A stretch of 64,000 nt of DNA, taken from positions 3,026 through 67,025 of the forward strand of contig CAIRMR010000153.1 in assembly GCA_903879715.1 (NCBI GenBank). The letters run 5' to 3'. The position numbers and the translations under genes are program-made. The stretch comes from an uncultured Bacteroidales bacterium (GTDB lineage Bacteria > Bacteroidota > Bacteroidia > Bacteroidales > UBA4417). Below are positions 28,196-38,294 of this stretch, piece by piece (the stretch's first letter is position 1; each line of letters starts with the position of its first letter). The notes under the pieces are model-generated. The model saw only the letters and a list, made by a program, of their open reading frames with translations. It was not told the DNA's origin and did not search any database.

Positions 28196-31100
28196 ATGAA
28201 GAATTTTACAACTCTGATATTCTTATTAGCCAGTTTGGTTAGTAGTGCTCAAACTAATGAGCAGGAGCCTAACAATTCATTCGGTACAGCCAATTACATT
28301 TTAAAAGATATTGGCACAACGGGGAATATTTCCCAGGTTGGTGATTACGATTATTTTGTGGCCTACCAGCCAGTTGACGGCACTTTAAAAATTTACATTT
28401 CTGCTACCAATACTGGTGCTTCCAACAGTTATTGCTATTTAACCTTATATGCAGGCAACAAATTCCCTATAGACCAACGATACCTTGGGGAAAAAACCAG
28501 TGTTGTTCCCGGTGCTACTGTTTACGATACAATAACACTTTATGGCCACGGAGCTGATTCCGTTTTCTTCAGGTTTGAAGCAGGAGGCACATTTTCTTAT
28601 AATTTTAAATACGAATTCAATGAAACAAAGAATAATGATATTGAGCCAAATGGCAGTTTTGCATCGGCTATTCCCATCAATCAGAACGAAAACAAGTCTG
28701 GACACATCGGATATGTTATAAATGGAATTGTTGATAATTATGACTATTACCGAACCAAAACGTCCGACGACGGCACTTTAAAAATTTACGTTTCTGCCAC
28801 CAATACTGGTGCTACAAGTAGTTATTGCTATTTAACTCTCTATGCCGGCAACAAGTCAATTATTAACCAACGATATATTTCCGGAGCTACCAGTGTTGTT
28901 TCTGGTGCCAGTGTTTATGATACAATTACACTTTATGGCCACGGTGTGGATTCAGTTTTCTTCAGGTTCGAGGCAAACGGTACATTTTCGTATAATTTAT
29001 ACTACGAATTTAATGAAACAAAGAATAATGATGTAGAGCCCAACGGCAGTTTTGCATCGGCTATTCCAATCAAACAGAACGAAAACAAGTCTGGACACAT
29101 CGGATATGTTTTATTAAATGGAATTGTTGATAATTTAGACTATTACCGCACCAAAACGTCCGACGACGGCACTTTAAAAATCTACATTTCTGCTACCAAT
29201 ACAGGTGCTTCCAGCAGATATTGCTATTTAACTTTATATGCCGGCAATAAAACATTTATAGACGGGCGATATATTTCCGGTGCAACCAATATTGTTTCCG
29301 GTGCTACTGTTTATGATACAATTACTCTCCGTGGCCGCGGAGTGGATTCAGTTTTCTTCAGGTTCGAGACAAATGGTACATTTTCGTATGATTTTAAATA
29401 TAACATAGAAGATATAAGTGTAAATGATATTGAACCCAACAATACTCTGGAAACTGCAATAAAAACTGATTTTAAACAAACTAAAAACGGGCACCTGATG
29501 TATAATGCAAATGGAGCCCTGGACTATACTGATTACTATATAATACCTTCATCTTTCAAAGGAAATATAAATATAATAGTCGAATTGACCAATAAAAGCG
29601 GAAAGCCTAATTATGTTTATTTGTATGGATATGATCAATCCCAAACACAGATATTTGCGCAATATGTAAAAAAGATTGCAAATTTACCCAATGACCAACT
29701 CATTCGGGATACCCTTGTTTTGAATTGTGCCGTTTTAGATGTTTTCTATCTCAGGTGGACAGCCGGAGGCCTCACTAATTACAAGTTCTCAGTTGAGTTG
29801 GTCGATCACCAGCCACATGCCAGCATGACACATGAAAGACTTGGGAATGCTGTAGGTTTCAGGCCTCAATTGGCGAATGCGGATAAATTCATGTGGGATT
29901 TTGGCGATGGTACAACAAGCACTCAAAAATACCCGATGAAAACATATAAGCCAGGATATTTTACAGCTCAGCTTATTGCAACAAACACCCAATGCAATCT
30001 AAAAGACACCGCACAGACTGCATTTGAAATAGAGGGAGTGGAATATTTTACTCCCGATTCATCCGGAGTTGGAGGCGATGCCATTGTTAAAATATTTGGT
30101 GGCGGCCTCGACACAAATACAAAAATCAGGTTAAATATGGGCGCTATTGAACTTACTCCCATTCATTTGGAAATGTTTAAAAACAATGTTCAGCTCAATG
30201 CCATTTTTGATTTTCACCTGGCCGAAGAAGGCACGTATGATGTCACCATCGAAATAAAAGGCCAGACACCAATTGTTTACCCAGGAGGGTTCAAACTTAC
30301 AGCATTCAAATATCCTTATACCTGGTCCGAAATTGTTTCCCCGTCCCGGATGAGGACCAATCTGAATACCAATATGAAACTGGTGGTTGGAAACAAAGGT
30401 AATGTAATGGCTTCGGGTGTTTTGGTTTGTGTTATATGGCCCAAGTCGGTGGATTTAATATTCGATACCAAATGGTTCAAGCCACCGGCCAGTGGCAATT
30501 ATACAATAACCGCAGCCGATACTACCTTTAATTTTAAATGGGAGGATATTCAGCCTTTATTCAGCGAGACCTTCAATTCCGTTACAGCAATAGATACATT
30601 TAATTTAGAACCGTATGACGGGTTTATGAGGTTAATTCTGATTCCAAAAATTGGTGCAGGAAGTACGGTTGAAATTCCGTTGATTGTTAAAACCACTTCA
30701 ACAGGAGCAAAAGACTTTATTACCTATACATTCAAGCCCAACCTTTTCGGGTCTGGTGAAACAGGAAGCTGGATGGATGTTTCCGAAAATTTGGCAGTTG
30801 AAAGCTGCGATTTATTGGATAAAGTTGTGGGAGGGGTTCCAGTATTAGATAAATCGCCAGTTAAATGGCTTGTTAAAGCCGTTAAAGGTACCACAAAACA
30901 CATGGCAAATTTAGGTCAGGTAATGGGCGCAACTTACAACTATCTTGATGGAACAACCAATAGCATTTACGAATCACTGGAGCCAGCTGATTTTAATGCA
31001 AGTTGCGATGCTGGAGATGTGCAACTTTATGGAGCTTTAGCGGATGTTAGTGTAGATTTCGTATGGAAAAAAGCTGGTAATAATTTCATGAAAGGCCAAA

Positions 31101-32473
31101 CTGACGATTTAAATAAGTTTATTGCAACCAACAGGCATACCGCAACAGCAGCTACAATTGAGTTTGCTATAGAAAATCTGAATAACGCTAACGATGTTAG
31201 AAAATATATTCAAAATGCTCACAAACTTTATAAAGCCGGTAAGGACCTGAAAACATTATACTCGAAAGTGAAAAGACTGGAAGAACTGGTAAAAGAATAC
31301 CCCGAATTAGAGCCGCAGTATGATGTGTTAAAGCAAGAGATGAATAAAGATATGATGATTCGCGATCCTAAATATACTAAAATCAATTCCGTAACCTCGT
31401 TGGACCCAAATGAAATTATCGGCCCGGTTGGTCAGGGGGCAAAACAGTTTGTGTTAAAGCAGGAAAGACAGCAATTTACAATCACCTTCGAAAATAAAGA
31501 CGTTGCCCTTGCTGCTGCACAAATTGTTACTGTGTCAGATACATTGGATGCCACCAGATTTGACCTGAACACCTTTGAATTTACCGATTTTACCATTGCC
31601 AATAAAACTTATACCGTGCCCAAGGGCCGACAGGAGTTTGTGTTGCAGGATAGCCTTTCACAGGTTATGAAGGTGCGTATTAACGGAAGTCTGGAAAAAA
31701 GCACAGGCATAGTTTCGTGGCAGTTCACCGCTATTGATCCTGCCACGGGCGATATACCGGTTTTTGAAGGATTTTTGCCACCCAACAAGAACATCCCCGA
31801 AGGTGAAGGTTCGGTATCATTTACCATACTGCCAAAACAAACCTTAGCTGATGGAGTGGTTATTAAAAACCGCGCTTCTATCATTTTTGATCAGAACGAA
31901 CCGATACTTACCAATACATGGCAGAATATCGTGGATGCTTTGCCTCCGGCAAGCACTGTTATGGCAACCCGGGTTGAGGGGAGTCCTGAAATTCATCTTG
32001 CATTTACCGGCAGCGACGCTTCGTCGGGCATCGCAAATTACGATATTTACATCCGGGAAGAAGGAGGCGAATGGCAGGCATTCGGAAATGCTTTCAGTGA
32101 CACAGAAACCATCCTGGCTGACTCGTCCAAACAGTATAGCTTTTATGTATTGGCAAATGACCTGGTAGGTAATAGAGAATTAAAAACCCCTGGTGCCGAA
32201 ACCACAGTCGGAATTAAGGAACTTTTAAAAGGGAAGGGGCAATTGAGCCTGTGGCCAACCCCGGCTGCTGATGCAGTTTTTATTGGTGGGCTTAAGCAAA
32301 GCAGTACTTTTATTATCAGCGACCTTTCAGGTAAAAAAATTATGTCAGGCATTGTTTCCGAAACCAACAACAGTATTGAGATTAACAAACTTGCCGTTGG
32401 TATATATATGCTCAGAGTTTATTCCGGCGGTTGTTTTGAATCACTAAAATTGCTTAAAAACCAGGGCAGATAA
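28196..32473 (+). CDS. Large T9SS-secreted surface protein: 4 tandem PPC-like repeats, PKD domain, unknown central region, T9SS CTD
   Basis: 1425 aa with a signal peptide. There are four units of about 131-133 aa, each opening with EPN(N/G)(S/T)...A (pre-peptidase C-terminal-like). It also has a PKD-like FMWDFGDGTTSTQKY, a DPNEIIGP...FLPPNKNIPEGEGSVSF module, and a terminal T9SS CTD (LSLWPTPAADAVFI...GIYMLRVYSGG...LLKNQ). Confidence 0.9.
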   Translation: MKNFTTLIFLLASLVSSAQTNEQEPNNSFGTANYILKDIGTTGNISQVGDYDYFVAYQPVDGTLKIYISATNTGASNSYCYLTLYAGNKFPIDQRYLGEKTSVVPGATVYDTITLYGHGADSVFFRFEAGGTFSYNFKYEFNETKNNDIEPNGSFASAIPINQNENKSGHIGYVINGIVDNYDYYRTKTSDDGTLKIYVSATNTGATSSYCYLTLYAGNKSIINQRYISGATSVVSGASVYDTITLYGHGVDSVFFRFEANGTFSYNLYYEFNETKNNDVEPNGSFASAIPIKQNENKSGHIGYVLLNGIVDNLDYYRTKTSDDGTLKIYISATNTGASSRYCYLTLYAGNKTFIDGRYISGATNIVSGATVYDTITLRGRGVDSVFFRFETNGTFSYDFKYNIEDISVNDIEPNNTLETAIKTDFKQTKNGHLMYNANGALDYTDYYIIPSSFKGNINIIVELTNKSGKPNYVYLYGYDQSQTQIFAQYVKKIANLPNDQLIRDTLVLNCAVLDVFYLRWTAGGLTNYKFSVELVDHQPHASMTHERLGNAVGFRPQLANADKFMWDFGDGTTSTQKYPMKTYKPGYFTAQLIATNTQCNLKDTAQTAFEIEGVEYFTPDSSGVGGDAIVKIFGGGLDTNTKIRLNMGAIELTPIHLEMFKNNVQLNAIFDFHLAEEGTYDVTIEIKGQTPIVYPGGFKLTAFKYPYTWSEIVSPSRMRTNLNTNMKLVVGNKGNVMASGVLVCVIWPKSVDLIFDTKWFKPPASGNYTITAADTTFNFKWEDIQPLFSETFNSVTAIDTFNLEPYDGFMRLILIPKIGAGSTVEIPLIVKTTSTGAKDFITYTFKPNLFGSGETGSWMDVSENLAVESCDLLDKVVGGVPVLDKSPVKWLVKAVKGTTKHMANLGQVMGATYNYLDGTTNSIYESLEPADFNASCDAGDVQLYGALADVSVDFVWKKAGNNFMKGQTDDLNKFIATNRHTATAATIEFAIENLNNANDVRKYIQNAHKLYKAGKDLKTLYSKVKRLEELVKEYPELEPQYDVLKQEMNKDMMIRDPKYTKINSVTSLDPNEIIGPVGQGAKQFVLKQERQQFTITFENKDVALAAAQIVTVSDTLDATRFDLNTFEFTDFTIANKTYTVPKGRQEFVLQDSLSQVMKVRINGSLEKSTGIVSWQFTAIDPATGDIPVFEGFLPPNKNIPEGEGSVSFTILPKQTLADGVVIKNRASIIFDQNEPILTNTWQNIVDALPPASTVMATRVEGSPEIHLAFTGSDASSGIANYDIYIREEGGEWQAFGNAFSDTETILADSSKQYSFYVLANDLVGNRELKTPGAETTVGIKELLKGKGQLSLWPTPAADAVFIGGLKQSSTFIISDLSGKKIMSGIVSETNNSIEINKLAVGIYMLRVYSGGCFESLKLLKNQGR
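28253..29420 (+). repeat. In-frame tandem DNA repeats (about 393-400 nt units) encoding the PPC-like modules
   Basis: aataatgatattgagccaaatggcagttttgcatcggctattcc... at 28631 recurs nearly verbatim at 29024. Units 1 and 4 are more diverged. Confidence 0.85.
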
Positions 32474-32542
32474 AAGGATATGCCATAACATATCCTGACA
32501 GATGCACTATTTCAGGTAAAATAGATGTATTTTTGTTAGGAT

Positions 32543-34483
32543 ATGGGGCTAAAAAGTATTCTGACAGCATTTGTGCTTGTGTATGCCATCTCTTTATGTG
32601 GCAGCATCAGCTACGCCCAGACAGATACCCTGGAAACTTTGAAAAAAACCTTATTACTTACTCAAAATGTGAAATCCAGGCAGGACGTATTATTGCAGAT
32701 ATGTGCGCAAAATCATTCATTCCCTCCGGACACTTTTCATAAATACATTCAAATGGGGTTGGCAATTTCTTCAGCGAATAGCCAGGAATATCTGAAGTTT
32801 CTGCGGTTTGAAGCTTCATATTTAAATAAATCAGGGCGAAATGATGCAGCCATTCATTTGACTGACAGTATTTTAAACTTATCTGTTGCCATGCAAAATA
32901 TCCAGCTGTTTCAAAGATTGCGAATTGAAAAATGTAAGGCATTGATAAGAATCGGTAAGTCAAAAGAGTCTATTGCAAATCTGTTTGATATGCTTGAAAA
33001 AGCTGAAACAATGAATGACACAACAACTGCTCTAGCGGCTTTTTCCATGTTGGGATGGGCCAATATGGAGTTGGGAAAGTATGAAGAAGCAATAAAATGG
33101 CTGGAAAAAGGGAAGAATTATACCAGCGTACAAGCCTATTTTATACAGAATCCCGCTCTTTATGTCAACTTGGGCTCCTGTTACAATAATGTTTTCAATT
33201 ATGACAAAGCGCTGGTGATTATAAATCAGGGATTGGAGCAGGCAAGGAAAGGAGAAAACTTAACTATAACAGCCAATGCTTTAAATATCAGGGCTGATAT
33301 TTACATTAACGTGAAGAAAAATGAGGAAGCACAGCGCGATCTGGAAGAGTCTTTGAACATCAGGGAGCAAATAGGGGATGCGTATTATATGCTTTCGGAT
33401 ATGGCTCAGTTGGCGTTGTTTTATGCAACTTCCAACCAATGCCCTAAAGGTATTGCACTGGCTAACAAAGGCATAGCGAAAGCAAAGGAAGGAAATCATC
33501 TTTCTAAAATTATTTATCTTTATGAGGCTTTGGCCGAAAATTATAAACACTGTAATCAAAGCATCGAATATGCTGCAACGCTTTCCACACTTCTGATTCT
33601 GAAAGATTCATTATACCGTGACAATACAGCGAAAGCATTAGCCGAGCTGGAAGGAAAATATGAATATCAGAAGAACCAAAATATCATTATACAGCAACAA
33701 AACCGCATTCTCCGAAACAGATATTCTGCTTATGGATTGGGATTGTTACTACTTGTAACTATAGTCGTATTTGCATTTGCTTATAGAAATTTCAAACGAA
33801 CCCAGAAACGAAAATTGGCAGTACTTACATTGGAGCAAACTAAACTGGCTGAGGAAGCAGTGCAAAAAGCAGAGGAAAATGAGAGAAAAAGAATAGCTGC
33901 TGACCTGCATGATAACCTGGGAACTCACGTTGCAGCTATCTGTTCAGGGGTAAAGTATTTTAAAGATGGAAATATTGATCAAGCTGAGGTTTTGGCGCAA
34001 CTAGATACCAATGCCACCGAAATTATGAATCACCTGAACGATACAATATGGGTATTAAAAAACGAAAAACTACTTTTTATTAACCTGGCGGATCGTTTTA
34101 AGTTATGGATACAGCGTGTAATGAAAAACTACCCCCACATAAAATATTTCATAACGGAAAATATAAATGAGGATATTGCATTAACTCCCATTAAAATTCT
34201 GCATTTGTTTTTAATGATGAAAGAGGCCCTGAACAATGCATTGAAGCATAGTGAATGTTCTGAGATAAGAATTCATTTTCAATGCACTGACAGCAATGAA
34301 TGGCAGGTTAGTATTACTGACAATGGAGTGGGATTTGATGTGGACAATCCAATGGAAGGAAACGGAATCGGGAATTTGAAACTCAGGGCAAAAGCAAGCA
34401 ACTTTAAAGTAATCTGGAACCGGATGGAACCTTCCGGAACTGAGATTTTATTTAAAAGTAAAAATTCGGAACAAGTGTTGTAA
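32543..34483 (+). CDS. TPR-repeat sensor histidine kinase (HisKA_3/NarX-LiaS type)
   Basis: 646 aa: signal/anchor, TPR-like repeats, a TM helix (GLGLLLLVTIVVFAFAY), H-box ERKRIAADLHDNLG, and an HATPase region (NNALKHS..., DNGVGF, GNGIGNL). Confidence 0.85.
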   Translation: MGLKSILTAFVLVYAISLCGSISYAQTDTLETLKKTLLLTQNVKSRQDVLLQICAQNHSFPPDTFHKYIQMGLAISSANSQEYLKFLRFEASYLNKSGRNDAAIHLTDSILNLSVAMQNIQLFQRLRIEKCKALIRIGKSKESIANLFDMLEKAETMNDTTTALAAFSMLGWANMELGKYEEAIKWLEKGKNYTSVQAYFIQNPALYVNLGSCYNNVFNYDKALVIINQGLEQARKGENLTITANALNIRADIYINVKKNEEAQRDLEESLNIREQIGDAYYMLSDMAQLALFYATSNQCPKGIALANKGIAKAKEGNHLSKIIYLYEALAENYKHCNQSIEYAATLSTLLILKDSLYRDNTAKALAELEGKYEYQKNQNIIIQQQNRILRNRYSAYGLGLLLLVTIVVFAFAYRNFKRTQKRKLAVLTLEQTKLAEEAVQKAEENERKRIAADLHDNLGTHVAAICSGVKYFKDGNIDQAEVLAQLDTNATEIMNHLNDTIWVLKNEKLLFINLADRFKLWIQRVMKNYPHIKYFITENINEDIALTPIKILHLFLMMKEALNNALKHSECSEIRIHFQCTDSNEWQVSITDNGVGFDVDNPMEGNGIGNLKLRAKASNFKVIWNRMEPSGTEILFKSKNSEQVL

Positions 34484-35197
34484 ATGATAAACACTTTAAG
34501 ATTTAAAACGGTGGAAAGTGAAGTAAAACATATCAGAATCGGGTTGGTAGAAGACAATTCTGTGAATCAGCGGAATTTTGTGCAAAACATCAAATTGTTT
34601 CCTGATTTGAAACTAGCGATACTGGCTTCTTCGGGGGAAGAATATCTGGATAAAATTAAAAGCATGCCTGCTAACTTATTGCCGGCGGTCGTGTTTATGG
34701 ATATTCAGATGGCGGGAATGAATGGTATTGAGACTATCAAATTAGCAAAGGCACACAGCAACGCCATTTATTATATTGTTTTAACTGTATTTGAAGATGA
34801 AGATTACATTTTTGAAGCCATAAAAGCCGGAGCTATTGGATATTTATTAAAACATGCAAATTTCGCATCTGTTTATGATGCAATAACCGAAGTTTTGGAA
34901 TACGGGGGAGCGCCTATGAGCCCGGCCATTGCGCGTAAAGCATTGAGGATGTTAAATAAACAACAGGTTGAAGTCAATGAAAAGGATAAAATACTAAACC
35001 TGCTGACCGACAGGGAGCGGGAAGTTTTACAAAACCTCGTAAATGGTTATGATGCCAAGCGAATAGCTGAGATTTTGGATGTAAATACCCTTACTATCCG
35101 AAAACATATCGCAAATATTTATACCAAACTGCACGTTAACTCCAAGGCACAGGTGATTTCGTTAGCGTATCAGAATAAGTGGATAAATAAAGCCTGA
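34484..35197 (+). CDS. NarL/LuxR-family response regulator
   Basis: 237 aa: receiver (VFMDIQMAGMNG, phospho-Asp context) plus a C-terminal LuxR HTH (LTDREREVLQNLVNGYDAKRIAEILDVNTLTIRKHIANIYTKL). The start ATG overlaps the kinase stop (TAAATG). Confidence 0.9.
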   Translation: MINTLRFKTVESEVKHIRIGLVEDNSVNQRNFVQNIKLFPDLKLAILASSGEEYLDKIKSMPANLLPAVVFMDIQMAGMNGIETIKLAKAHSNAIYYIVLTVFEDEDYIFEAIKAGAIGYLLKHANFASVYDAITEVLEYGGAPMSPAIARKALRMLNKQQVEVNEKDKILNLLTDREREVLQNLVNGYDAKRIAEILDVNTLTIRKHIANIYTKLHVNSKAQVISLAYQNKWINKA

Positions 35198-35232
35198 ATA
35201 AATTGGAATCTCTCTTTTGCATTCAATAACTT

Positions 35233-35438
35233 AAGGTACGACTTACGAATGACGATTTACGAATTTGCATGGTAATCGTACTTGGTCAGTCGTACCTTTT
35301 TATTTGCGATTTACGATTTACGAATGTTTCCTGCAATCGTACCTCGTACCTCGTCAATCGCACCTTTTTATTTACGATTTATGAATAACGATTTACGAAT
35401 GTTTCCTGCAATCGTACCTCGTCAATCGTACCTTTTTT
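35233..35438. repeat. CGTA-heptad hairpin elements (family A, copy 2), about 3 hairpin units each ending in a T-run
   Basis: aaggtacgac...gtcgtacctt is a perfect 10-bp inverted repeat. It is followed by two units, gcgatttacgatttacga-atgtttcctgca-atcgtacctcgt..., each followed by acctttttt. Lies between convergent genes. Confidence 0.85.
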
Positions 35439-35457
35439 AAATCAAATACTATAAACC

Positions 35458-36342
35458 CTAGCGCCCTGCTGGCGGAGTCTCCGTCTTTGATTTAATCGGA
35501 ATAATCCCACCCATTTCGCCCATCACATTTACCAGGTCAGAACCGGTTGGAACAACGATTTTCGAATTATCTTTTAAAGAGGTTTCCATAGCCTGTATTC
35601 TGCGCAGCATCTGGGCATTCCCTACGAAATATTTCTCCGCGGCTTCGTTTACCAGCTGAATGGCCTGGGCTTCACCCTCGGCACGAAGAATAGCGCCCTG
35701 CTTGATACCTTCGGCACGACGGATTTCGGCACGTTTTTCGCCATCAGCTTTGGTTTCGGTGGCAGTGGCGTAGTCGATAGCAGCTATTTTTTCATTTTCG
35801 GCCTTCACAATTTTATTCATGGTTTCCTGCACATCTTTCGGCGGATCAATCTCCTTGAGCTCCGTGCGTACAATTTCAATTCCCCAGTTCGCGGTTTCTT
35901 CGAGCAGTGTGCCATGCAGTTCCTTATTGATTTTTCCACGCTCGCTATTGGCCGATTTCAACGTCATGGTACCAATAATATTACGCAAGGTAGTGCGGGC
36001 CAGGTTTACGATCTGGTATTCGATGCTGTTTACATTGTACTGCGAGTTTTTAACGCTTTCCTCATCCTCTTTGATCTTGAAATAAACCTGCGCATCAACA
36101 CTGGCATTCAGGTTGTCGTTCGTGATGATCTCCTGGGGTTCGGCATTCACCATTTTTTCAGTGATGTTGATCTTATACATCTTATCAATGAAAGGAATAA
36201 TCCAGTTAAAACCCGGAGGTGCAAAATGATGGTACTTGCCAAGCCGCTCAATCAGGGCACGGTTTGTAGGTCGGATAATACGGATTCCTGCAAAGAAAAA
36301 CAGGAGCAGAACAGCAATGATGATAGTTAACAGATTTCCCAT
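35458..36342 (-). CDS. SPFH/Band-7 (stomatin/HflK-C-like) membrane protein
   Basis: ORF 35458..36402; the likely start is the ATG at 36342 (MGNLLTIIIAVLLLFFF...). It has SPFH-core motifs and a C-terminal Ala/Glu-rich coiled coil. Confidence 0.85.
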   Translation of the reverse strand: MGNLLTIIIAVLLLFFFAGIRIIRPTNRALIERLGKYHHFAPPGFNWIIPFIDKMYKINITEKMVNAEPQEIITNDNLNASVDAQVYFKIKEDEESVKNSQYNVNSIEYQIVNLARTTLRNIIGTMTLKSANSERGKINKELHGTLLEETANWGIEIVRTELKEIDPPKDVQETMNKIVKAENEKIAAIDYATATETKADGEKRAEIRRAEGIKQGAILRAEGEAQAIQLVNEAAEKYFVGNAQMLRRIQAMETSLKDNSKIVVPTGSDLVNVMGEMGGIIPIKSKTETPPAGR

Positions 36343-36502
36343 AAGTGTAATTTTTAAAATTAAATTAAGATAATTGAATGATAAGATTTTCTCTTCGTAC
36401 AAATATAAATCCTTTATATGTGTGATTCACTGATTTTTCAAAATAATTTAAGAAGTCTTAAATGCTATTCACTAAAGTAGACTTGGGTGACGTGCTTCTT
36501 AA

Positions 36503-36845
36503 TGTACGATGTACGATGTACGAATTGTCTATGCTAACGTCAATCGTACCTCGTCAATCGCACCTTTTTGTTCTACGATTTACGAATTCTCCCGGCAATC
36601 GTCAATCGTACCTCGTCAATCGTACCTTTTTGTTCTACGATGTACGAATTCTCCCGGCAATCGTCAATCGTACCTTGTCAATCGTACCTTTTTGTTCTAC
36701 GATTTACGAATTCTCCCGGCAATCGTCAATCGTACCTCGTCAATCGTACCTTTTTGTTCTACGATTTACGAATTCTCCCGGCAATCGTCAATCGTACCTC
36801 GTCAATCGTACTTCATCAATTGTCAATCGTACCTTTTTGTTTTAC
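36503..36845. repeat. Tandem array of a 62-bp hairpin unit built from CGTA heptads (family A, copy 3), about 5.5 units
   Basis: The unit is tttttgttctacgatttacgaattctcccggcaatcgtcaatcgtacctcgtcaatcgtacc. The tttttg landmark falls at 36565, 36627, 36689 and 36751 (period 62) and at 36834 (an expanded last unit). tacgatttacga pairs with tcgtcaatcgta around a 12-nt loop. Confidence 0.9.
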
Positions 36846-36907
36846 ATATTTCAAATTCTTAAATAATTCTTTACCTTCGCATTTCTGAAATTTCAAATCC
36901 TTATTAT

Positions 36908-38167
36908 ATGAAAAACATTGATACTTACGATTTTACCGGTAAACGTGCCCTGATCAGGGTTGATTTTAACGTTCCACTCGACGACAATCAGAAAATTACC
37001 GACGCAACTCGTATTGACGCCGCTTTGCCAACCATCCGCAAAATACTGGCCAGCGGTGGTTCAACCATACTCTGTTCGCACTTAGGCAGACCTAAAAAAA
37101 TCGGTGAGCCAAAACTTTCACTTCGTCACCTTGTTCCCTACCTGGAGAAAGTGTTGAACACTACTGTAAAATTTGCCGATGATTGCATGGGCCAATCCGC
37201 TGTTGATCTTTCGGCTACATTGAAACCCGGCGAAGTGCTGTTGCTCGAAAACCTCCGTTATTACGAGGAAGAAGAAGGAAAAGCACGTTTACCGGAAACA
37301 GCAGCCGACGAAGAAAAAGCCGCCGCAAAAGTTCGCGTTAAGGCAGCACAGAAAGAATTTACCCAAAAACTTGCCGGTTACGCTGATTGTTACGTAAACG
37401 ACGCTTACGGCACGGCTCATCGCGCTCATGCTTCAACCGCTTTGGTTGCAGCTTATTTCCCTAACGATAAAATGTTTGGCTACCTGATGAATAACGAGGT
37501 AAGCAACATTACCAAAGTTTTACATGAGGCCCAGCATCCATTTACTGCTGTTTTAGGAGGAGCAAAGGTTTCCAGCAAAATTGAAATTATCAACAACCTT
37601 TTAAGCAAAGTCGATAACCTGATAATTGGCGGTGGAATGATGTTCACCTTTATTAAAGCTAAAGGCGGAAAAATTGGCGGATCGCTGGTTGAACCTGATT
37701 ATATTGAGCTGGCAAAAAATATTATGGCAGGTGCCGAAAAACTTGGTGTTAAAATCCTGATTCCATCAGATGCCGTTATTGCCAACGCTTTTGCCGACGA
37801 TGCCGAACGTAAGGTTTGCAAATCGGATGAAATTCCTGATGGCTGGCTTGGCATGGACATAGGTCCGGATACCATAAAACATTTCAGCGAGGTGCTTGTT
37901 GGTTCGAAAACCATTCTCTGGAACGGACCAATGGGCGTTTTCGAAATGTGCAACTTCCAGAAAGGGACCAAAGATATTGCCCTGGCCATTGTTGAGTCTA
38001 CAGCTAAAGGCGGATTTTCACTGGTAGGCGGTGGCGATTCGGTTGCTGCCGTAAATAAATTCCATCTTGCGGATAAAGTAAGCTACGTTTCCACCGGTGG
38101 TGGAGCTATGCTCGAATCTATTGAAGGAAAAGTGCTGCCGGGAGTTAAAGCAATTTTAGAAGATTAA
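36908..38167 (+). CDS. pgk: Phosphoglycerate kinase
   Basis: 419 aa: [15 protein letters not shown], and C-terminal GGGDS...STGGGA motifs. Confidence 0.95.
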   Translation: MKNIDTYDFTGKRALIRVDFNVPLDDNQKITDATRIDAALPTIRKILASGGSTILCSHLGRPKKIGEPKLSLRHLVPYLEKVLNTTVKFADDCMGQSAVDLSATLKPGEVLLLENLRYYEEEEGKARLPETAADEEKAAAKVRVKAAQKEFTQKLAGYADCYVNDAYGTAHRAHASTALVAAYFPNDKMFGYLMNNEVSNITKVLHEAQHPFTAVLGGAKVSSKIEIINNLLSKVDNLIIGGGMMFTFIKAKGGKIGGSLVEPDYIELAKNIMAGAEKLGVKILIPSDAVIANAFADDAERKVCKSDEIPDGWLGMDIGPDTIKHFSEVLVGSKTILWNGPMGVFEMCNFQKGTKDIALAIVESTAKGGFSLVGGGDSVAAVNKFHLADKVSYVSTGGGAMLESIEGKVLPGVKAILED

Positions 38168-38214
38168 TTTTAATAATCAGGATTTGATTATTCTGATATT
38201 CTCAAGCTAATATA

Positions 38215-38258
38215 GAAACCGCAGATATGATGAAATTCTTCATCTGGTCCGCGGTTTC
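38215..38258. terminator. Bidirectional hairpin between convergent pgk and cvpA
   Basis: gaaaccgc (38215-38222) pairs with gcggtttc (38251-38258). An inner gatgaa-attc-ttcatc stem sits between them. Confidence 0.5.
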
Positions 38259-38294
38259 TGCTATAATCCATTTCGGGATCAAATTTGTTTAAAA

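Noticed and set aside
36503-36845. The regular 62-bp periodic array could be mistaken for a CRISPR array.
   Set aside because: There are no unique spacers: the whole 62-bp unit repeats, including the segment between hairpins. No cas genes or leader are nearby. The unit is made of the same heptads seen at three other loci.
36462-36888. Three overlapping plus-strand ORFs (134, 117 and 106 aa) with repetitive sequences (SIVPRQSYLFVLRFTNSPGNRQSYLVNRT...).
   Set aside because: They lie entirely within the 62-bp tandem repeat. All three frames are open because of the repeat, and their composition is repeat-driven. They are not genes.
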